From: Nitrospiraceae bacterium
Lineage (GTDB): Bacteria; Nitrospirota; Nitrospiria; Nitrospirales; UBA2166
Assembly: GCA_002726235.1 (NCBI GenBank)
Contig: PBSN01000013.1
Location: forward strand, 1 to 64,000
Length of the DNA: 64,000 bases
Reading direction: 5' to 3'
Within the stretch, counting starts at the first letter, position 1; each line of letters begins with the position of its first letter. A program made the translations under genes and the position numbers. Below the pieces are notes generated by a model. It saw only the letters and a program-made list of their open reading frames with translations, searched no databases and was not told the DNA's origin. This document shows, piece by piece, positions 58,478-64,000 of the stretch.

Positions 58478-60013
58478 ATGAGCATACATAACTGGAAAGT
58501 AGTGAGTAGCTTGGTGTTGGCCATGCTTCTGGCTTTCGGCGTCGGGACGGCTTTCGGCGCAGCCAAGATGGAGCTGGGCGACGATGGTTACACCGTTCCG
58601 GTGACCGACAATACGTTTGGGTTCTGGGACGAGGGATACGCGAGCTATACGGGCACTGACAATCCGAACATTGTCGCGATTCCGTTGGCGCAGGTTTTGA
58701 CGCCATTGCCGCAGGGTGCAGCTAGTGCCACACGGAACAAAGATGGTAGCGGTGAAGGCTACACCATTGGCAAATGGACGTATTGGGCGGGTGAATATAG
58801 CGATCTCCATCCCATTGAAGAAGCGGGAACTCCGTTGCCGCCAAATGAAATGGGTGTGCCGACCATGTTGAAGGCCGTTCTGGGTGAGAAAGCCTTCTTT
58901 GATGGGCGGTATTCCGGGGACACCAGCACGCCGTGTTCCAAGTGTCATGATCCGGCCCAGGGCTTCGGAACCTTCGACGACGTGTCGACGGGGTATCCGA
59001 GCATCATTCACTGGCGGAACAGCCATACGACCATGAACAACGCATGGCACGACAAGTTTTTCTGGGATGGACGGGCCTTGGCCTTGGACAGTCAGGCAGA
59101 GGGCGCCAACACGGGCTCAGGCTTAGCCGGCAATGCGACGTCCGAGCACATGCTCCCGCGGCATTTCCAATCTGATGAGTACACCATTGGTTTTTTCCAG
59201 GAGTGGAATGCTCCTCCATCCATTGCAAAGATTGACTGGGCCATCGACATCTACGAGCGGATCACACGGTCGGATCCCAACGTCGTCCCGTTTGATATGT
59301 GGATGAACGGCGATGAAGATGCCATTTCCGATGAAGCCAAGCGGGGCGCTGAGCTCTTCAACGGCGAATGGGATTGTGTGCGTTGCCACTTTGGCCCGCA
59401 TGGCGTGGGGACCCAGGATTTCTATAGCTTAGGGTTGCCGCGTATTGCTTCTTTTGACGATGATCCGTTACGCCAAGAAACAGTCCGCTACATCGACTAT
59501 GGAGCCGGTATGCATGGCATCATGGATTGGGACTTGGACTATTTCGATGACCTCGGCATCGGTATGCGGACACACTTGAAACAAGATTTGATGCATCTCA
59601 AAACCCAGCAGTTGCGTGAACTCTGCGTAACCATGCCGTACTTCCATCAGGGTACCCACAATGACCTGGATGAAGTGGTGCGGTTCCACCTGCATGGTGG
59701 CGGCAATCCGTACCTTAAGGATGCGGACGGTCGTGGGGCTGACTTTGCTGGTTGGCGCCATGAGGGTCGCGAGGGTGAAGATCCTGGACCTGGTACCGGC
59801 GGTTTCCCTGGTACGGTGAACTACGACCGCCCTGGGAAGAAAGGTGCCAACATGAAAGTGATCAATGACCCCGCTGATGAGGATGTCGACGCCATGGTGG
59901 CGTTCTTGGAGTCCATGTGCACGCCGGAAGAAGAGGGCAGTGCTCCGTGGACGGAGCGGAAGGTGTCAGTTCCGAGATATTCACCACCGCTCTATACGGG
60001 ACCTCAACCGTAA
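58478..60013 (+). CDS. Periplasmic di-heme cytochrome c peroxidase/MauG-family protein (IdrP-like position)
   Basis: Sec signal; LGE.AFFD.R.SGD, CSKCH, FFWDGRA, AKRGAELF, CVRCH, LREL..T.PYFH.G. Confidence 0.9.
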   Translation: MSIHNWKVVSSLVLAMLLAFGVGTAFGAAKMELGDDGYTVPVTDNTFGFWDEGYASYTGTDNPNIVAIPLAQVLTPLPQGAASATRNKDGSGEGYTIGKWTYWAGEYSDLHPIEEAGTPLPPNEMGVPTMLKAVLGEKAFFDGRYSGDTSTPCSKCHDPAQGFGTFDDVSTGYPSIIHWRNSHTTMNNAWHDKFFWDGRALALDSQAEGANTGSGLAGNATSEHMLPRHFQSDEYTIGFFQEWNAPPSIAKIDWAIDIYERITRSDPNVVPFDMWMNGDEDAISDEAKRGAELFNGEWDCVRCHFGPHGVGTQDFYSLGLPRIASFDDDPLRQETVRYIDYGAGMHGIMDWDLDYFDDLGIGMRTHLKQDLMHLKTQQLRELCVTMPYFHQGTHNDLDEVVRFHLHGGGNPYLKDADGRGADFAGWRHEGREGEDPGPGTGGFPGTVNYDRPGKKGANMKVINDPADEDVDAMVAFLESMCTPEEEGSAPWTERKVSVPRYSPPLYTGPQP

Positions 60014-60078
60014 CAACGCTTGAGCGAATTGGAAATCAAGAAGACACTTATTAACCTCGTTAGTGAGGAGGGCATCGG

Positions 60079-60660
60079 ATGGAAGTTAAGAAGAAAGAAA
60101 TAGCCGAAGAGCCCGAAGATTGTGGCTGTGGCGTGACGCGACGCCAGGTCATGGTTGGGGCAGCAGTCGGTACGGCAGCCCTTGCGGCGTCGGGTCTTGT
60201 GACCGGCAAGCCGGCGATTGCAGGAAGTATGGACGGATACCCAAGGAAGTTGATTGGTACGGTGAGCGGTCTTTCGACTGACCAGCCGCAGGTGTTCACG
60301 TATCCTCAGGATGCTCCATCGATTTTCCGGTCTGCGCTCGTAAAGCTCGGCGTTCCGGCGGTTGATGGTGTTGGCCCTGAAGGTGATATCGTGGCCTTTA
60401 ACGGGCGATGCCCTCATCAGGGTGGCGAGCTCGTTCCTGAAGACGACACTCTTCGGTACGATGGGGCGTCGAAAACCATGGGTCCGTGCCCGTGGCACCT
60501 TTCAACATTTGACGTGAGCAATGAAGGTATGATCACCAGTGCTCATTCCACCCAAAACCTGCCACAGATCGTGTTGGAGGTTGAGGGGGACAACATTTAC
60601 GCAGTTGGTGTAAAGGGGCTCATTTACGGGATGCCCTCCAACTTGATGCAAGTGAGCTAA
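60079..60660 (+). CDS. Tat-exported Rieske [2Fe-2S] small subunit, AioB/IdrB family
   Basis: TRRQVM Tat motif; FTYP, GVGPEGDIVAF, CPHQG, CPWH.STFD, TQNLPQIVLE, IYAVGVKGLIYG. Confidence 0.93.
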   Translation: MEVKKKEIAEEPEDCGCGVTRRQVMVGAAVGTAALAASGLVTGKPAIAGSMDGYPRKLIGTVSGLSTDQPQVFTYPQDAPSIFRSALVKLGVPAVDGVGPEGDIVAFNGRCPHQGGELVPEDDTLRYDGASKTMGPCPWHLSTFDVSNEGMITSAHSTQNLPQIVLEVEGDNIYAVGVKGLIYGMPSNLMQVS

Positions 60661-60672
60661 GGAGGGGAACTC

Positions 60673-63366
60673 ATGGCAGGAACAAGCTTCAGTAATGTAG
60701 GGTTCGCGAAAGACGAACCTACTGATAAGGTACCCCTTCCTCCGAAAGATGCGAAGGTGTATCCGACGGCCTGCGATTACTGCATCGTTGGCTGTGCCTA
60801 TAAAGCGTTTGTATGGCCTAAGGGAACCGAAGGCGGCCCGGCGGCTGGCGACAATGCCTACGGCGTTGATTTTCCGCGGGTGGATGCACTGGCGGGTTGG
60901 TGGCCAACCCCCAACCAGTACAATGAAGCCTACATTGACGGCAAGCTCCACAGTATTGTCGTAATTCCTGATGGCAATGCCACGGTAGTGAACCGTGCTG
61001 GAAACCACAGTATTCGTGGTGGAGCAATTGCGCAGAAAATTTACAATCCCAACAAGGGCACTCGGGATCGGCTTCAGACCCCGATGATGCGGGTTGGGAA
61101 TTATCACCTTCCGGTGTCTTGGGACACCGCGACGCGTGTGGCCGGTGAATTGATGCGCTACACCGTCAATGAGTTTGGGGAGCTGGCGTTGACCGGAAAG
61201 GTCGGCAGCTATATTTTCTGGGAAAATACCTATGCCTGGACCAAGCTCATGATGCAGCAGTTCGAGACCATGATGGTTGCGCACCATGATAAGCCGTCAT
61301 GGAGTTTCGGGGCGGATAGTTCCGCCATGTCGGCGCTCGGTATCAATGCGTTTGCGCCGGCCTATGATGATTACTCCACGGCAGAGGTGATCTTCTCGTC
61401 CGGTACGGATTCTTACGAGGATCATACCGTGCTCTGGACGGAGTGGATTCAGCAGGCGGAGCCGACCATGATTTATGTGCTTCCGCGTCAATCGAAGGGT
61501 GTGCCGTGGGCACTTTCCCGTGGTGGTGTGTACCTTGAAGTTTATCCTGGTACCGACGTTCCGGTTATGAACGCGATCTCTCGCGTGATTATTGAGAATG
61601 GCTGGTATGACAAGAGCTGGCTCAATTATCACGGTGTGACCCGTCATGACATTAATGCGGGCATGGGACGTGGAAAGCGGAATAGCCACAAGCAGTGGCG
61701 TACTACCAAATGGGGACTGACGCTGTCTGAGTTCAAGCAGTTCATCCTCAATGACGAATTTTCAACGTTAGAGGCTGCAGAGAAGATTGCCGGCGTTAAA
61801 CGTGCCGATATCGTTCGAGCGGCTGAAATTATGGCGAAGCCGAAGCCAGATGGTTCGCGGACCAAGACCTCGTTCTTGAATGAGAAGGGGAACTATTGGT
61901 CGAACAATTGGCTGAACAACGCGGGCTTTGTGAACTTGGCGTTCTTGTGCGGCGCTGGGACTCGTCTCGGTCAGGTCATCGGCCGTGGTGGTGGACACCA
62001 ACGTGGCATGATTCAGGGAAGCAAGTTCCTTTCGCATAAATCGCCTAACCGTTATGGGCAGAATACTCGAGTTGCTGGCGATGTCGACCAGTGGGTGCAG
62101 GCCGGCCATGCCCGTTTCTTCTACCTGACGGCTTGTCAGTGGACCAACTGTAGCTGCGCTGCAAGCGACCTGTCGGAAACCATTGCGGATCAGACAGTCA
62201 GAATGCCGCAGCAGCTCCAAAGTACCGATGCCGATCATGCGATTCAGGTCTTAAAAGAAAGAATGCAGAATCGTGGGTTGGTGCTGGTGCATCAAGACGT
62301 GTATGCCCGTGATGTCACTGAGATGGCGGATATCGTTTTGCCTGCCGCACAGTGGGGCGAGGCTGACTTGACGCGTGCTCAGGGTGAGCGGCGTATGCGT
62401 GCGTACAGTAAGTTCACCGATCCTCCCGGAGATGCCAAGCCGGACTGGTGGATTACACAAAAGATTGGGCAGTATGCAGGGTTTGGGGCAAACGGCTTTA
62501 ACTGGAAGACCAACCGCGACGTGTTGAAAGAAGCCGCGCGTTATTCCAGAAAGGGCGTGTTGGAGTATGCCCCGCTGATTCGGTACACCACCCGCTTGAA
62601 AGCGGATCCGTTCAAGTTCATCCAGTCCTTGGGGTCGACAGGTTTGCAGACGCCCATTCGGTTGGACTTGGGCAAGTTGGTTGGAACCAAAAAGCTCCAC
62701 TATGAATCTGCGCCGCAGATGCGTCACGAAGAGAACACCACGCACCACAAAAAGCTGTTCAACTGGTTCACCTTCTCCACAGGGAAGGCGATGTTCTTCA
62801 AGACCGATTGGCGGCTGTTCTCTGATTACTTTGAGCGGATTAAACCACGCGGTGATGAACTGTGGGTGACCAACGGCCGCGTGAATGAAATCTGGCAGTC
62901 CTTGTATGACGATCTTCGTCGTCCATATATCATGCAGCGGTATCCGATGAACTTCATCGAGATGCATAAAGACGATGCTGCCGCGCGTGGTATTGAGACG
63001 GGCGATCTCGTCGCGGTCGAAAACGATGACCTGCTGATTCAAACCGGTGGTCAGTTCGGTGTCCGCGATGAAGACTCGCTCTTTACGGGGCTGATGAAGA
63101 ATGGGCACATCAAACGGTCTCGTGCCGCTCTGACCGCTATGGCTGTTGTGAATACCGACGTCAAGAAGGGCGTCACCTTCATGTACTTCCTGTGGCCAGG
63201 GTCTTCGTTTAACAGCTTGATGCATGCTGTTCCGGATCCGATTACTGCTGCTCCGCGGTATAAGACTGCGAAGGGCCGGATTCGTAAGATCGGTGAGACG
63301 GCTGCGAAGCGGAGCGGGATCCTCAGGGGTCTTGAGCACAAAAACACCATGCCGGAATGGGCCTAA
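60673..63366 (+). CDS. Molybdopterin oxidoreductase large subunit, AioA/IdrA family (substrate unknown)
   Basis: VPLPP, C34-x2-C37-x3-C41-x71-S113 (CDYCIVGC...HSIRGG), EKG..W, RGGGHQ, VLPAA.WGE, GERRMR, TNGRVNE.WQ; no signal peptide. Confidence 0.92.
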   Translation: MAGTSFSNVGFAKDEPTDKVPLPPKDAKVYPTACDYCIVGCAYKAFVWPKGTEGGPAAGDNAYGVDFPRVDALAGWWPTPNQYNEAYIDGKLHSIVVIPDGNATVVNRAGNHSIRGGAIAQKIYNPNKGTRDRLQTPMMRVGNYHLPVSWDTATRVAGELMRYTVNEFGELALTGKVGSYIFWENTYAWTKLMMQQFETMMVAHHDKPSWSFGADSSAMSALGINAFAPAYDDYSTAEVIFSSGTDSYEDHTVLWTEWIQQAEPTMIYVLPRQSKGVPWALSRGGVYLEVYPGTDVPVMNAISRVIIENGWYDKSWLNYHGVTRHDINAGMGRGKRNSHKQWRTTKWGLTLSEFKQFILNDEFSTLEAAEKIAGVKRADIVRAAEIMAKPKPDGSRTKTSFLNEKGNYWSNNWLNNAGFVNLAFLCGAGTRLGQVIGRGGGHQRGMIQGSKFLSHKSPNRYGQNTRVAGDVDQWVQAGHARFFYLTACQWTNCSCAASDLSETIADQTVRMPQQLQSTDADHAIQVLKERMQNRGLVLVHQDVYARDVTEMADIVLPAAQWGEADLTRAQGERRMRAYSKFTDPPGDAKPDWWITQKIGQYAGFGANGFNWKTNRDVLKEAARYSRKGVLEYAPLIRYTTRLKADPFKFIQSLGSTGLQTPIRLDLGKLVGTKKLHYESAPQMRHEENTTHHKKLFNWFTFSTGKAMFFKTDWRLFSDYFERIKPRGDELWVTNGRVNEIWQSLYDDLRRPYIMQRYPMNFIEMHKDDAAARGIETGDLVAVENDDLLIQTGGQFGVRDEDSLFTGLMKNGHIKRSRAALTAMAVVNTDVKKGVTFMYFLWPGSSFNSLMHAVPDPITAAPRYKTAKGRIRKIGETAAKRSGILRGLEHKNTMPEWA

Positions 63367-63419
63367 CATCACCCTATTGAGGTATGTGATTAACACGCAA
63401 CGTGACATATGGACTGGTG

Positions 63420-63451
63420 CCTTGCGAGGAGGCAGTATTCTCCTCGCAAGG
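63420..63451 (+). other. Stem-loop without U-tract between the large subunit and the next gene
   Basis: CCTTGCGAGGAG-GCAGTATT-CTCCTCGCAAGG, 12-bp stem. Confidence 0.7.
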
Positions 63452-63527
63452 GCCTGGTTCGTGCATGAAATTAACTTTCGCAACTACAGTGTTTCGAGTT
63501 AGAGAAAGAGGGGAGGATCTAAGTCAC

Positions 63528-64000
63528 ATGAAAAAGCTACTTACACTTGCGGTGGCCGGCGTCTTTTTAGCCTTTGGCTTTGCCGCGACTGCGGATGCGC
63601 AGATTAAAAAACCAGGTTTCCAGAAAAAAGCTCCAAAAATGCCGAAGACGGCTTATGCTGAAGGTTCCGCTGGCGGCGGATCTGTGGCCGGGAAAGTGTC
63701 CTACTCTGGCAAGGTGCCGGATCCAAAGCCGTTTACCATCAGCAAAAATCCTGAAGTTTGTGGAATTGAAGGCAGTGGAAAAGCAACGAGTGGCGGCCAG
63801 CAGTACTCTACAGAGGGCCAGCGAGTCTTCCACTTCACCTATGCGCCGGGCGGTGTCGCACAGCATGCTGTTGTCTTCATCGAGGGCATTGAAACCGGCA
63901 AGCCGTGGGGCGATTTTGGCGCAAAGATGGACATTCGTGCCGAGGATTGCGCATTTCTTGAGTACCAGAACCTCGTCCGTGACGGAACCACCGTGTTTGA
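63528..64000 (+). CDS. Secreted protein, carboxypeptidase-regulatory-like/beta-sandwich type (3' truncated; not in ORF track)
   Basis: GGGAGG RBS; MKKLLTLAVAGVFLAFGFAATADA signal; GGSVAGKVSYSG, KNPEVCG, HAVVFIEGIETGKP, DCAF; frame open to window end. Confidence 0.8.
   Translation, partial: MKKLLTLAVAGVFLAFGFAATADAQIKKPGFQKKAPKMPKTAYAEGSAGGGSVAGKVSYSGKVPDPKPFTISKNPEVCGIEGSGKATSGGQQYSTEGQRVFHFTYAPGGVAQHAVVFIEGIETGKPWGDFGAKMDIRAEDCAFLEYQNLVRDGTTVF

Noticed and set aside
60079..63366. Assigning gene symbols aioBA or idrAB
   Set aside because: Pocket motifs and gene context differ from the canonical systems; a phylogeny is needed first.
60502..63483. Long - strand ORFs (up to 410 aa) opposite the molybdoenzyme
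   Set aside because: Antisense shadows expected from biased codon usage; no recognisable domains.

Overview
Bacterial chromosomal window, probably from a Nitrospirota-like organism. That placement is an inference from gene order (alaC-hom-thrC-lysC-cimA-ihfA-merR-tRNA-Pro) and protein style, not a database result. Most of the window is housekeeping: parAB, mnmA, rlmB, pilD, nth, proS, queC, htrA, lipA, an Rrf2-NfuA-Mrp Fe-S carrier cluster, the Thr/Ile pathway, cysS, mdh, ispDF-cysE, tRNA-Gln and tRNA-Pro. Two accessory loci stand out. (1) 58.5-64 kb: an operon encoding a divergent di-heme cytochrome c peroxidase/MauG-family protein, a Tat-exported Rieske subunit, an AioA/IdrA-family molybdoenzyme and a secreted partner protein. 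The large subunit keeps the 3Fe-4S motif, but its substrate-pocket motifs differ from canonical arsenite oxidase, and the gene order differs from the iodate reductase cluster. A roughly 540-nt leader with an internal terminator precedes it. This is the best candidate for an uncharacterised periplasmic redox system. (2) 9.4-23 kb, downstream of tRNA-Gln: a surface-protein island with two paralogous collagen-stalk lipoproteins that have matching promoters and terminators, a 7-repeat FG-GAP protein and a double-Kelch/B-repeat adhesin sharing a CARDB-like domain. Also found, and missing from the ORF track: a 30-aa bS22/mS38-like ribosomal protein, three small membrane-peptide ORFs, an (ATGA)6 repeat at the mnmA start, a probable CTG start codon and a family of degenerate intergenic repeats. 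All family assignments come from motif recognition by eye; no searches were run.
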